64,000 bases of DNA from Octopus bimaculoides. Lineage: Eukaryota. Below, in pieces: positions 1 through 11,924 of the stretch; position 1 is the first letter of the stretch, and each line of letters begins with the position of its first letter. Under the pieces are notes generated by a model. The model did not search any database, was not told the DNA's origin, and saw nothing but the letters and a program-made list of their open reading frames with translations. The stretch lies in the NCBI RefSeq assembly GCF_001194135.2, contig NC_068992.1, forward strand, positions 37,173,670-37,237,669, read 5' to 3'. A program made the position numbers and the translations under genes.

Positions 1-77
1 TCCAACTAAGTCTGATTTTCATGATTTATAATTTGCAATTTTTACAATTCTAAAATATTGAAATAAACTGTCACTAC

Positions 78-119
78 ATAAACCTGATGAGTGTATAACA
101 CATGAAAGTATTAGTTTAT
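78..119 (+). ncRNA. Minimal type-I hammerhead ribozyme motif
   Basis: ATAAAC-CTGATGA-GTGT(ATAAC)ACAT-GAAA-GTAT-TA-GTTTAT: 6-bp stem I, intact CUGAUGA/GAAA core, 4-bp stem II, near-palindromic stem III. Confidence 0.65.
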
Positions 120-205
120 TTTAATATTGTAAAACTGTAAAAATTGCAAATAATACACCATGAAAATCAGACTTTGCTGGAATTTCATTGATTAATATAT
201 ATATA

Positions 206-352
206 TTGCGATTGTCTGATAAGAAGCTTGCTTCTTTATTACATGGTTCCAGGTTTAGTTCCATCACATGGCACATTGGGCAAGTGACTTCTACTATAGC
301 CTTGGGCTGACCAAAGCCTTTTGAGTGGGTGGATTTGGCAGACTGAAAGAAG
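206..352 (+). mobile_element. tRNA-derived SINE family A (octopus OK/OR-type), 5' fragment
   Basis: Same head as the copies at 1865, 34522 and 56392 (...aagcttgcttc...catggttcc.ggtt...gggcaagtg.cttctactatagcc). Confidence 0.75.
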
Positions 353-1530
353 ACTAAGACAGGTGGTGTAGAAAACAAACAGATGCATTAGTATAACGCT
401 CGGGAATTGAAAAAGTCTTTAACGTTTCCAGCCTACGCTCTTCCACAGAAAGGAACACAGAAAGAAACAAGGAGAGAAACAAGAAGAGAAAAAAATGTGT
501 GTAGTGGTTAGCGATCTATCATGGCAAATGCCGGAAAGCAAGGTCACACAGGAGAGCTAAGAAGAAGAGGAGATAACAAAGTAGTAGTGATCCAAAAACG
601 AAGGTGCGCATGTGTATAAGAGAGTATGTATGTGCGTGTGAAAGAGGGCTGGTGATCTTGGCGTGTGCGTGTGTGCATGTGTAGGTGTGAAAATGTGGGG
701 ATGGGAATTGGTTAGTGCTGATGTGTGCGTGGTTGTGTTGTGATGTGATGTGTTGTGTGGCATGGTGTAGTNNNNNNNNNNNNNNNNNNNNNNNNNNNNN
801 NNNNNNNNNNNNNNNNNNNNNNNNNNNNNNNNNNNNNNNNNNNNNNNNNNNNNNNNNNNNNNNNNNNNNNNNNNNNNNNNNNNNNNNNNNNNNNNNNNNN
901 NNNNNNNNNNNNNNNNNNNNNNNNNNNNNNNNNNNNNNNNNNNNNNNNNNNNNNNNNNNNNNNNNNNNNNNNNNNNNNNNNNNNNNNNNNNNNNNNNNNN
1001 NNNNNNNNNNNNNNNNNNNNNNNNNNNNNNNNNNNNNNNNNNNNNNNNNNNNNNNNNNNNNNNNNNNNNNNNNNNNNNNNNNNNNNNNNNNNNNNNNNNN
1101 NNNNNNNNNNNNNNNNNNNNNNNNNNNNNNNNNNNNNNNNNNNNNNNAGAGGCAAGGGGAGGAGGTTAGATGAAGAGGGTAGGAGAGTTGAGTCCATATG
1201 GTACAAAGGAGCGAAGAGAGAAGATTAATCCCTGTTCACAGTGCAAACAGGAGTCCGGATGGCCCCTGTGCAAGGACAATCTGAACACAGACAGGTGTTG
1301 CAAAGAGTGACCGGTATATCGAAAATGGTGTGAGACCGGGGTGTCATTGCCGAGGCAGACGTCCTGGAGGTATTCTGCGAACCGGTTAGCCAAGCGGCGT
1401 CCCGTTTGTTCGATGTACAGAGAATGGCAGAGAGAGCAGGAGATGCAATAGATGATATTGGTAGAAGTGCAGATGAAGGAGTCAGTGATGTGATAGGGTC
1501 GATGATGTGTGCTAGTGAGGAGGGTAGTGT
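353..1530 (-). mobile_element. Penelope-like retroelement (Neptune-type), 3' part: GIY-YIG endonuclease plus pLTR, split by a gap
   Basis: Frameshifted IYCISCSLC..LYIEQTGRRLANRFAEYL...VSHHF...EQGLIFSL..PYGLN; downstream pLTR-like text carries a hammerhead-like motif at 417-452. Confidence 0.75.
417..452 (-). ncRNA. Hammerhead-like motif with variant core (CUGUGGA)
   Basis: CTTT-CTGTGGA-A-GAGC(GTAG)GCTG-GAAA-CG-TT-AAAG; the architecture fits but A6 is U and the stem II closing base is mismatched. Confidence 0.45.
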
Positions 1531-1644
1531 TGGAGAGGTAAGGGCAAGTGCGGGAGCAGGGGAATGAGCCAGGTTGGGGGGTTAGGTATGTATGTATGTA
1601 TGTATGTACGTATGTATGTATGCATGTATATATCTATGTGCGTG

Positions 1645-1848
1645 TCTGTATCTGTGTTTATCCCTCTCATCACTGCTTGACAACTGGTGTTGGTTTTTAC
1701 GTCTCCCATAACTTAGTGGTTCAATAGAATAAGTACTAGGCTGTAAAACATAAGTCTTGGGATCGATTTGCTAGACTTAAACCCTTCAAGGCAGTGCTCC
1801 AACATGGCCACAATCAGATGACTGAAACAAGTAAAAGAATAAAAGAAT
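1645..1848 (+). mobile_element. SINE family A, 3' half
   Basis: ...gatagaataagtactagg...gtgctccaacatggccaca...tgactgaaacaagtaaaagaataaaagaata tail. Confidence 0.75.
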
Positions 1849-1864
1849 ATATATATATATTATA

Positions 1865-2005
1865 GGCACAGGCATGTCTGTGTGGTAAGAAGCTTGCTTC
1901 CCAAACACATGGTTCCGGGTTCAGTCTCATGTACAGCACCTTGGGCAAGTGTCTTCTACTATAGCCTCAAGTGGATTTGGTAGACAGAAACTGAAAGAAG
2001 CCTGT

Positions 2006-2086
<81 letters not shown>

Positions 2087-2289
2087 ATATTTGTGTGTTT
2101 GTGTTTGTCCCCCCACCATCACTTGACAATCGATGTTGGTGTGGTAACATCCCTGTAACTTAGCTGTTCAGCAAAATAGACCGATAGAATAAATACTAGA
2201 ATAAGTCCTGCAGTCAATTTGTTTGACTAAAGGCAGTGCTCCAGTATGACCACAGTCAAATGACTGAAACAAATAAAAGAATAAAATAA
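1865..2289 (+). mobile_element. SINE family A, full length with internal (TA)n
   Basis: tRNA-like head with box A/B-like motifs, central microsatellite, shared 3' tail. Confidence 0.85.
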
Positions 2290-2320
2290 TATATAGTATG
2301 TATATATGTAGTGGTTAGCG

Positions 2321-2355
<35 letters not shown>

Positions 2356-2458
2356 TCAAGGTTGAATATGGTACTTATGCGTAGGCACCCAAATATCATA
2401 TCCCAAAAGGATAAGTGATCAAAATCAAAAAATAAGCAACACGGATTTCAAAGGTGAT

Positions 2459-2547
2459 TGCAGTATGCACGTTTCATGCTACTCCAATTTATTTAAGTAA
2501 TGCGAGCATTACATTAAATGCAATATGAAGAGCAATCTTCAGCTACA
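2459..2547 (-). ncRNA. Hammerhead motif with long stem II, in a probable PLE pLTR fragment
   Basis: TGTAG-CTGAAGA-[57 nt including the perfect hairpin gtaatgc..gcattac]-GAAA-CGTGCA-TA-CTGCA; 5-bp stem I. Confidence 0.5.
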
Positions 2548-3878
2548 GTAATTTTCTGCATTTTNNNNNNNNNNNNNNNNNNNNNNNNNNNNNNNNNNNN
2601 NNNNNNNNNNNNNNNNNNNNNNNNNNNNNNNNNNNNNNNNNNNNNNNNNNNNNNNNNNNNNNNNNNNNNNNNNNNNNNNNNNNNNNNNNNNNNNNNNNNN
2701 NNNNNNNNNNNNNNNNNNNNNNNNNNNNNNNNNNNNNNNNNNNNNNNNNNNNNNNNNNNNNNNNNNNNNNNNNNNNNNNNNNNNNNNNNNNNNNNNNNNN
2801 NNNNNNNNNNNNNNNNNNNNNNNNNNNNNNNNNNNNNNNNNNNNNNNNNNNNNNNNNNNNNNNNNNNNNNNNNNNNNNNNNNNNNNNNNNNNNNNNNNNN
2901 NNNNNNNNNNNNNNNNNNNNNNNNNNNNNNNNNNNNNNNNNNNNNNNNNNNNNNNNNNNNNNNNNNNNNNNNNNNNNNNNNNNNNNNNNNNNNNNNNNNN
3001 NNNNNNNNNNNNNNNNNNNNNNNNNNNNNNNNNNNNNNNNNNNNNNNNNNNNNNNNNNNNNNNNNNNNNNNNNNNNNNNNNNNNNNNNNNNNNNNNNNNN
3101 NNNNNNNNNNNNNNNNNNNNNNNNNNNNNNNNNNNNNNNNNNNNNNNNNNNNNNNNNNNNNNNNNNNNNNNNNNNNNNNNNNNNNNNNNNNNNNNNNNNN
3201 NNNNNNNNNNNNNNNNNNNNNNNNNNNNNNNNNNNNNNNNNNNNNNNNNNNNNNNNNNNNNNNNNNNNNNNNNNNNNNNNNNNNNNNNNNNNNNNNNNNN
3301 NNNNNNNNNNNNNNNNNNNNNNNNNNNNCATAACTTTCAGAAAAATGAATATTTTTTATGAAATTTTCAATGCATATATTATTTATTATGTAGATTCCGA
3401 ATATACAAAAATTTTCGGTGAAAGTGTTTTGGGAGGGGGTGGAGGACAATTTTCGGAAATTCCACTTAAACTCCTCTTAACTTCCAGGAAAATGAATATT
3501 TTTTCATAAAATTTTCTACAAATATACCTTGATGTATGTACATCTTGAGCATGTAGAAATTTTGAAGGAAACAACTGCAGGTTATTTTTGAGAAGTGTTC
3601 CCCACTCGGTGGTGTTTCAGAGCAAGTCGTCCATACTTGTTTCATTTTTCTCTATTATGTGCGTATGTGCATCCGTAGATTTCTAATGAAGTAATAGGCA
3701 GTGAAGAGAAGCCGTCATAAGAAAACTTTTAACTACCTCTATTCCTTTCACCCCCTCTCTCTACCTCTTCCTCTCTCGCTCTCTCAAACACATACACATG
3801 CAAGTACACAATCATTCAGTAAAATATAACTCATGTTCGTTAATGTTGTGTAAATATAGCACGATTTTCACTTGGGTG

Positions 3879-4032
3879 TTAGGGTTAGGGTCAGGGTTAG
3901 GGTTTAGGATTACAGTTACGGTTAGGGTTAGGATTAGTGTTACGGTTATGGTTTTAGGGTCAGGGTTAGGGTTAGGGTTTAGGGTTAGTGTTAAGGTTAG
4001 TGTTAGGATTAGGTTTAGGATTAGGGTTGGGT
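3879..4032 (+). repeat. Degenerate (TTAGGG)n telomere-like array
   Basis: About 25 hexamer-phased units: TTAGGG, TCAGGG, TTAGGA, TTAGTG, TTACGG. Confidence 0.85.
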
Positions 4033-4473
4033 AATCGTGTGGGTGTTAATCTGAAAAATTACAGATATGTGAAAACTACTGACCCTGCCATCTATTATAA
4101 CTTTTGTTGTTCTGTTTAAAATATACATAGATTATGCCTCCAAATTGCATTTCGGAAAGACGGNNNNNNNNNNNNNNNNNNNNNNNNNNNNNNNNNNNNN
4201 NNNNNNNNNNNNNNNNNNNNNNNNNNNNNNNNNNNNNNNNNNNNNNNNNNNNNNNNNNNNNNNNNNNNNNNNNNNNNNNNNNNNNNNNNNNNNNNNNNNN
4301 NNNNNNNNNNNNNNNNNNNNNNNNNNNNNNNNNNNNNNNNNNNNNNNNNNNNNNNNNNNNNNNNNNNNNNNNNNNNNNNNNNNNNNNNNNNNNNNNNNNN
4401 NNNNNNNNNNNNNNNNNNNNNNNNNNNNNNNNNNNNNNNNNNNNNNNNNNNNNNNNNNNNNNNNNNNNNNNNN

Positions 4474-4761
4474 AAAGGGATTACCCTGCTATGTATAATC
4501 AGGGCAGCGCAAAAAGTTGTTTTGCACAAGCATTTCTATAGCCAATTAGATGGATGAAATTTACATATGCTTAATAATGTTACGCAAAACAGCCTTCAGA
4601 CTTTCTCTATTAATTTCATCGTCTTTTGAATTATGAACATATTTACATCATAAGGGTTTTTTTGTTGTAAGACTTTCTTCTTTAGTTGATTTTCACCTAG
4701 CAAGACTTATCATAGATGGCGTAATAAGTCACACCCAGGCAAGGTCAGGCTATACTGCTAG

Positions 4762-4775
<14 letters not shown>
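4474..4775 (-). mobile_element. Non-autonomous Helitron/Helentron-like element end
   Basis: Terminus TACTAGCAGTATAGCCTGACCTTGCCTGGG next to (TA)n resembles the termini at 25141 and 25524. Confidence 0.35.
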
Positions 4776-4806
<31 letters not shown>

Positions 4807-4927
4807 ATATACGCACACATACACACTGCTATTAGTACTGTAGAACATACCTCCATGTTTTTTAGTCAACCATGTGTTTTACACTGAGTGTAAACAATTT
4901 TTCTGTGTGCGGACAGAGAAAGAGGGA

Positions 4928-4977
4928 ACAAATGTATGCTTCTTTCAGTTCTTGTTGGAACTGTCATCAGCAATTGT
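4928..4977 (-). ncRNA. Minimal type-I hammerhead motif, sense to the IQCH pre-mRNA
   Basis: ACAATTG-CTGATGA-C-AGTTC(CAACAA)GAACT-GAAA-GAAGCA-TA-CATTTGT; 6 of 7 stem I pairs, 5-bp stem II. Confidence 0.65.
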
Positions 4978-5652
4978 GTACTTTTAGTATGTATCTGCAA
5001 ACACGCTAATTGTAAATTCACCAACATTAAGGGTCAAAATAAACTGGATAGACCAATTTGCACACTTAACACATTTCTAGGTCACTGCATCACACAATAA
5101 ATCATTGGTGTGTTAACAGTTTTGCTTTATTTCTATAATGTACTATAGAACATATTCATGTTTTTTTGTTTGTTTGTTTGTTTGTTTTTTTGTTTGTTTG
5201 TTTTTTTGTTTTTTTTTTGTTACAAATGTACATATTGTACTGATGTATTGTTTACAATTGTCATAATACAATGGCAGAAACATGTGTAAATTTTGCTCTA
5301 AGGTATTTAGTCATTATCACTGAACTATGTGTAGTACCAGTACTATTTTATAAAGCCTGAAGGGATGAATGGCAATGTCTATCCTAGAATAATTTAAACT
5401 GAGGTATGAGATGTATGAAACTTAGTACTATAACATATTTAGTCTAGGACTCATTCAGATAGATATACAAAAATAAATATTTTAAGCAAACTGCGAATGC
5501 AGACATAAAACTTTTATAAAAGTGTTTGCCAAATTATTGGAACATGCATTCTCTCTCTCTGCCAGTCAAACAAAAGCTCTCAAATTCATTTTACATTTAT
5601 GATTTATATTTCACTTCAATATCTTAATATTCAATAAAAGAATAAATCTTAC

Positions 5653-5927
5653 CGTTTGTTCACAAATGAATGTAGCAAAAATTACAGTTACATATCCCAA
5701 GATTCCCCTGCCTTTGCATGAATTGGCTATTTTGAGACAAGCACAATTGATTCTTGGTGGTTCAATTGAACACTGTGGAACCGATAAACCCCAAGGATCA
5801 AAAGGGTTTTGAGATATAATTTGATCTCCAGTACACAGTATTTGGGTTTCTCCATTTGGTGCAATCAGAAGATCTACTTGTACTGCTGTGACGAAATCAC
5901 TGGGAGGATATGCTTCAATAATTCCTC
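5653..5927 (-). CDS. IQCH: IQCH coding exon (most 3' exon found)
   Basis: (G)GIIEAYPPSDFVTAVQVDLLIAPNG...TGDQI...VPQCSIEP...GILGYV...EQT; acceptor ATTTCAG, donor GTAAGA; 275 nt, phase 1/0. Confidence 0.93.
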
Positions 5928-6639
5928 CTGAAATGGTGAACATTTAATTGAAGAAATATACAGAAAGAAAATTATCTGAAACTAAATTTATTACCTGCTT
6001 TGATTTCCAGTATTAAGTTGCTAAATCTCTCAAGGAAATGTGTAAATATCTTCAACCTCATTTTTTATATTATTTGAGCTTAGTTGCTTACATAACAAAC
6101 TTTATAGTAGTTTATAAAGTCTATTCCACTATGAATCAAGAAAACATAGATACTATATTTTTGTTATATTTAAGAACTTCAATCTCAAGCATTTATCCTC
6201 TTCAGGTAATAGAATTACACCTTCATTCCACTACCTGGCTAAAATCTTCAAAATCACTACTAAAATAAAATGTAATTAAATATTAGGTTTCTTCTGTGAA
6301 AACCACACGAAGAAGAAAATGTTTTAGACCACTTTCAAAATATTTTAAATCTAGAAGGAATAGAAATTTAGTCTTGCTCCCAATTCTTCACTCAGTGCAT
6401 ATTAGAAGGTATTCAGTGAAAAACTTTCTACTTAACATGCTAACCGAATATCACAAACAGTCTAACAAGAGACCTTCCACTAGGTCACTCTATCTGCTAG
6501 AAATAGCAGCCTATTGTGTCTCAAATCACATTCTTCAAAAAGGAGCACATCAAATAAGGTAGTTCTGGGGGCATCATGTCTAAAAAGAGATGAAATAACC
6601 ATGGAGGGAATGAATTTGATAAAAAGTGTGTTCAATCAC

Positions 6640-6767
6640 TGCCGGAGCCTCGTGGAGCTTTAGGTGTTTTCGCTCAATAAACACTCACAACGCCCAATCT
6701 GGGAATCGAAACCGCAATCCTATGACCACGAGTCCGCTGCCCTAACCACTGGGCCATTGCGCCTCCA
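6640..6767 (-). mobile_element. tRNA-derived SINE family B (tRNA-Arg-like head), 5' fragment
   Basis: GGAGGCGCAATGGCCCAGTGGTTAGGGCAGCGGACTCG...GGTTTCGATTCCC; same head as the copy at 21415. Confidence 0.8.
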
Positions 6768-7488
6768 GAACCAAATAGACAGAGGTTAATCAACAGCAAC
6801 AACATATCCATACTACTGGTATGTGGGATCATTTTTGGAGTCAAATTTCAAGAAACTTGATTTCTTGAAATTTATCATTTCTCACATGGTATCTTCCCTT
6901 GGAACTTAGCAAATAGCCATTTCAATATATTTGTTGATGATCTACAAACATAGAAAATATTCCCATATGCAACTAATGCTATTTTCACAAGCTCAAAGAG
7001 AAGAAATATTTAATATATTCAAAACCAGAAATGAACTGATCTGACTTTTGTTACTTAATACTTTCTTTATGATACTAAATTATTCATTCAAAATATAGAC
7101 ATATTAATTTTGTGACAGAGAAAACAAACTGCATCATGGAATGTATAATTCCAAAATATAAGATTTGTGTCAATTCACTTGAGTGACCATTTGATTATAT
7201 TACATCAACAAGTCAATTGGCATCAAAGTTCTTTAGGCGTAACAGTTGTTCTTTCTCTTGATAGAAATATGTACAGGTTCAACTAACTTCCAAAAATATC
7301 ACTATTTGTCATTTCTACCATATTCAATGGCATTTCAAACTATTTTTACCAGATTACTATTTTAATAGCTAAAATAGTAACTAAGTAACTAATTCTTTTT
7401 ACAAATTCAGAAATGAAATGGAAAAGGAAGACTGTAAGTTTACAAATATCATAGCATAAACTGGACAAATAGCATTGAGAAAAATTAC

Positions 7489-7609
7489 CTCTTAAAAGAA
7501 AAGCTTTTTTATATATTTCCCAGGCACAATATCTGGACTTATTTACTGGATTTGCATAGTGTCTGAGATACTCAGGGAGTTCATTGAGAAGTATATTCAA
7601 AGAAGATTC
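7489..7609 (-). CDS. IQCH: IQCH coding exon
   Basis: ESSLNILLNELPEYLRHYANPVNKSRYCAWEIYKKAFLLR(G); acceptor TTTTAAAAG, donor GTAATT; 121 nt, phase 0/1; the preceding intron is only 121 nt. Confidence 0.9.
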
Positions 7610-7730
7610 CTTTTAAAAGAAAAGTAAGGTTTAATAAAAAAAAGTTTACATGTACATATAATGCTTATGTGAAAACTTCAAAAATTCAATATAAAACCAA
7701 TACCAAAAAATAATGCAATGTGTAACTCAC

Positions 7731-7916
7731 ATGAGCCCATTTATGGGTCCATTTGTCTCCATATCGAATTGCTTCTTTATAGATTTGAACAAAGCATTTC
7801 AAATGCATAGTATCACAATAGGCTATACCATTGCTAGAAACAGTTGTGTTAAATTTCAAAAGCCACCTTCCTATTGTAAAGTTTTCAATAATTAATTGAG
7901 CCAAAGACTCATGAAG
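7731..7916 (-). CDS. IQCH: IQCH coding exon
   Basis: LHESLAQLIIENFTIGRWLLKFN...GIAYCD...WTHKWAH; acceptor ATTTCAG, donor GTGAGT; 186 nt, phase 0/0. Confidence 0.92.
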
Positions 7917-8617
7917 CTGAAATAGAGACAGATGCTTAATAGATCTGAAAGGAACTTCAATAGTTTAAGCATTTTTAATCATCTTAAAATTGTTTACTTA
8001 TCATTTTTGCTTTTTTAGGAATGAATGTGTAAGAGGGAGTGAATAAAATTTTAATTATAAATATATAGTTTTAATAATATAGTAATTATAATAATAAATA
8101 TACTAAAAATACTCATGAAATTTATTCAGAGATTTTTTTTTTCTGTTTCTATGAAAAAAAAAAAAACATTAAACATCAAAAATTTGAAAACATCGATTCT
8201 AAAAATTTAAATAAAAATGAGCAGTAAAGATAGCTGAGATGGTAGAATGCCAGGTGAAATGTATTTCATATAAATAAATGACTTTAGTTTAATTTCTCTG
8301 TATTTTGTATTCAAATTCTGACAGGATATCTGTCAGAAGACTTGGCAACCACTGAGAAGAAACTTTCATCACATCAAGTTCATTGTGCAAGGTATTCTCA
8401 ACTCTCTCATGAGGTATGCTAATTGAGATGATATAATAAACAACTGTTAAATACAATGGTTAACTCAATTACACATGCTAGAAAAATACTGTTTGTACTT
8501 AATTAAAAGAACAATATCCAAATGAGCACAATACTGTCAGTAATCTATTGATCAGCAAAGTCTATCACCAAGGTTTCATACCTAGTTGTAACCATAATCA
8601 TTTCCCATATGTTATTA

Positions 8618-9832
8618 CAAGGCTCAACTGAAAAGTTCATAGGCTGACTATGAAGGAGTGATGCTAGAGTTGTGAAATTTCTTGCATGCATTAATTTCAA
8701 CTCTATTAATAACTGCATTATTTCTTTCCAGGTAACCAACATCTGATTGTTTAAAGAAAACTTAAAAAGTAACTCATAATGAAAATTGACAACATTGAAA
8801 AGTACCTGCAGGAAAAGGGTTTAGCCTCCAGGGACATTCATGCTGACATGGTTGCTACATTAGGACATAACTCTTCAGCTTTATCAACAGTGCAAAAGTG
8901 GGCAACTGAATTTAGGAGAGGAAGAGAGAATGTTGAAGATGGCCCAAAGTCTGGATATCCTACAACTGCAACCACTGAGGAAAACATTAATCATGTTCAC
9001 AACATGATGATGAATGACAGGCAATTGACTATAAATCAAATAGCCAATGCTATTAGCATACCTCACAAGAGAGTTGAGAGTACTTTGCACAACGAACATT
9101 GTATGATGAAGGTTTCTGCTTGGTGGGTGTCAAGTCTTCTGACACCTGTTCAAAAGTGCATGAGAAAATCTAACGTTGTTTCAGGCAGATCCAGATGATT
9201 TCCTTGAATGTTTCCTAAGCTTCATCACTTTGAGTCAAAGACAATACATGCAGTGGAAACACCTCTTTCTCCCTTGCTCCAAAGAAAGCCATGCTCATTT
9301 CATCTGCGGGGAAGGTGATGGCCTCAGTTTTTTGGAATACAAAAGGCAGTGTATTTATTTCCTATTTTCAAAAGGGTCACACCATCACTAGAGAGTACTA
9401 TGCCAACTTGCTGAGATAATTGCAAAAGGCACTCAAGATCAAACACCCAGGAAAAACTGATGAAAGAGGTCTTGTTTCATCAGGACAATGCTCCGGCACA
9501 CGTATCCTTCCTTTCAATGACTGTTGTGCATGATTGTGGCTTTGAACTGATCGATCACCCTCCCTATTCTCTTGATTTGGCTCCATCAACTATCATCTCT
9601 TCCCCAACAGGAAAGAAATATTTGACTGGGATCCAGTTTTACAATGATGATGACATTCTAATTTTTGTGTCCAGCAGGATGAAAACTTCTTTGACAATGA
9701 GATCCAAGCTCTACAATACCAATGGAAGAAGTGTGTGGCCACAATGGAGGATTATGTTGAAAAATAAACTTCATTTGGTCACATTCCATGAAAGTCTCTT
9801 GATCAACCTATGAACTTTTCAGTTGACCCTCG
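8618..9832 (+). mobile_element. Mariner (DD34D-type) DNA transposon, decayed full length
   Basis: TA-flanked ~30-bp TIRs (CAAGGCTCAACTGAAAAGTTCATAGG / CCTATGAACTTTTCAGTTGACCCTCG); frameshifted transposase with HTH, WVxxLL, FHQDNAPAH and HPPYSLDLAPS. Confidence 0.92.
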
Positions 9833-10381
9833 TAATAGCAAGCAAAAAAAAAAAAGATATTAACACAACTGCATTTCCCTTCTCCACAAATATGACACTA
9901 TGTAGGTATTTAAGAAACCAATATCTAATAAGGTACTCCAAGTCTAACTTGTAGATCTTACAACTCAGATTATATTTCTAAACAGTACAATTCCCCCCAC
10001 ACACATACACACACATATTGCTTAATGTGTGTGTGTATGTTGATCATCTAGATAGCCAAATCTATAAAGTATTTCTCACAAGTATTTCTCTTTGCGCTGT
10101 CACAGACTTTAACTAAATCATAGAAAATTAAAATGACATGTTTCTGTAAGTCTTTTGCCTTTCATTACAACTATCTGGCCCAAAATATCCTATCAACTGT
10201 GCCTTTTTGAGGATTTTGTGACTCAGGCAAGATTTGTTCAGAAAGTTGGAAAAGACTGTTGGAAATAGCTATTTGAATTTCCTGTTTTTGTCGGGATTCT
10301 CCACCCCTTTTTTTTTTTTTTTAACGCATTGCAAAACAATGAAGGGAAGCCATCTTAAATGTTGGTGTCTCCACCCCAACC

Positions 10382-10421
<40 letters not shown>

Positions 10422-10959
10422 TCATCATGTCTTAGGAACAGCGACAACCACAAAAGTGATTTATTTTCTTTTTCTTAATTTTCTGTCATTTTATCTTATT
10501 CCACGATCTGAAACATTTGTAACTCACTTTAAAAGAAAAATATCTTACCTCTTCTTCCCCCACTTCTTTGTACTTTTCACAATGAAAGAAAAGTCAAACA
10601 CCACAATTGGATGTGTGAAAAGCGAAATCTGAATTTTGAAAAGTGTATCTATAAAGCAACATTTTCAGTCATTTATTTAAACTTTCTCTGCTAACTCATC
10701 AAATTCAGTTACATGAAATAGATGGGGTTTGAGATTTAAATTTGGTAATTTTCCAAGATTTTAATTCTTGTGTATAAGGGGCCCACTGAACTTGTGGGCT
10801 CCCCATGGTTTAAATCTGGTCCTGCTTGAATATAGCTTTGACTTTGAAGTGACACCAAAGGAGAAGAAAAGATGAAAATCACTACTTTCTTTTTCTATCT
10901 TTAAAAAACAATGGCAGTAATGAGGCAACAGAGAGCAAGAAATATACTGTCTACTTCAG

Positions 10960-11850
10960 TGTGTCAGTTTTGAGTTCACACCTTTTTTTCGTTATTCGCA
11001 GGATCTGGAGGAATAGCTTCTACAATACTCCTAGACTCATGAAATAGTTGCCATTAATGTTCTTCATGAAACTTGCTATCATTTGTGGGAAAGATACGGG
11101 CTGTAAAGAATTCCAAAGACACAAGAAGGGTATTGAGAGGAGAAGAAACAAGTGGGATGGCAATGCCTGGATGGAGGTGTTATGAGCCCAGTAGCTCCAA
11201 GGAGTAGCAATCATTATAGTAATGGTAAAAAAGGTAGAGAAAGGAGAAGAAAGGAGACAGTATTGAGAGTAACAACATTGCTTTTACCACATTCCTCTGA
11301 GGCAAGAGCTTATAGGAGAATGACAGAGAAGAGTAGATAATCAGTGGATCAGGCTTTGGGGAAACCACATTGACAGTCATTAAGAAGAGAGAGACATTCA
11401 AGTTGTTGAAAGGCGTCTTTACTTCAGAAGAAATGAAGGTCATTACTGCTGAAATAGGTGAGTGACAAGAAAAGTGGAAGCTACATATGCAAAAACATCA
11501 CTTTTGAGGTGAAATTAAGATAAGATTGGTTGGAGATTTGTATCTGAGAGATAAATAGGAAGGTGTAGACTGCATGTAAATAACATGATGAGTTGAATTT
11601 AGATTTGAAATCCACAGATATTGGTGGTGAAAAGAGAAAATTGTCCAGTGAGTTAACTTGTGATTTTTGGCATTTTGAGAAAGAGCAGATAGTGGCATTG
11701 CATTGAAAAATCATGACAGCGTCAAGCTTGAGTTCTGAACTGAATGCCCGCAACAGAGTATGTCTGTTAAAGTAACCAAGGGCCAAGCAATGGAGTCAAA
11801 CTGAGCAATACCATATACTAATCACCAAAAGGATAATGTGACTACAATGT
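10960..11850 (-). mobile_element. CR1/L2-like LINE fragment (RT and endonuclease relics)
   Basis: Degenerate frame HLECLSLLNDCQCGFPKA*STDYLL...GKSNVVTLN, similar to the QYGFR..RST..LL...VALD motif. Confidence 0.55.
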
Positions 11851-11924
11851 GTTAGAAGAGTAACAGAGGAATAACATGATTTGAAGGATTGATAACTTTT
11901 TGTTGTTTTAATCATAATAGCATA

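Noticed and set aside
3879-4032. True telomere or chromosome end
   Set aside because: Short, degenerate, and flanked on both sides by intronic sequence.
4860-5100. piggyBac cysteine-rich C-terminus
   Set aside because: Requires several frameshifts; the region is better explained by the hammerhead-bearing pLTR-like sequence.
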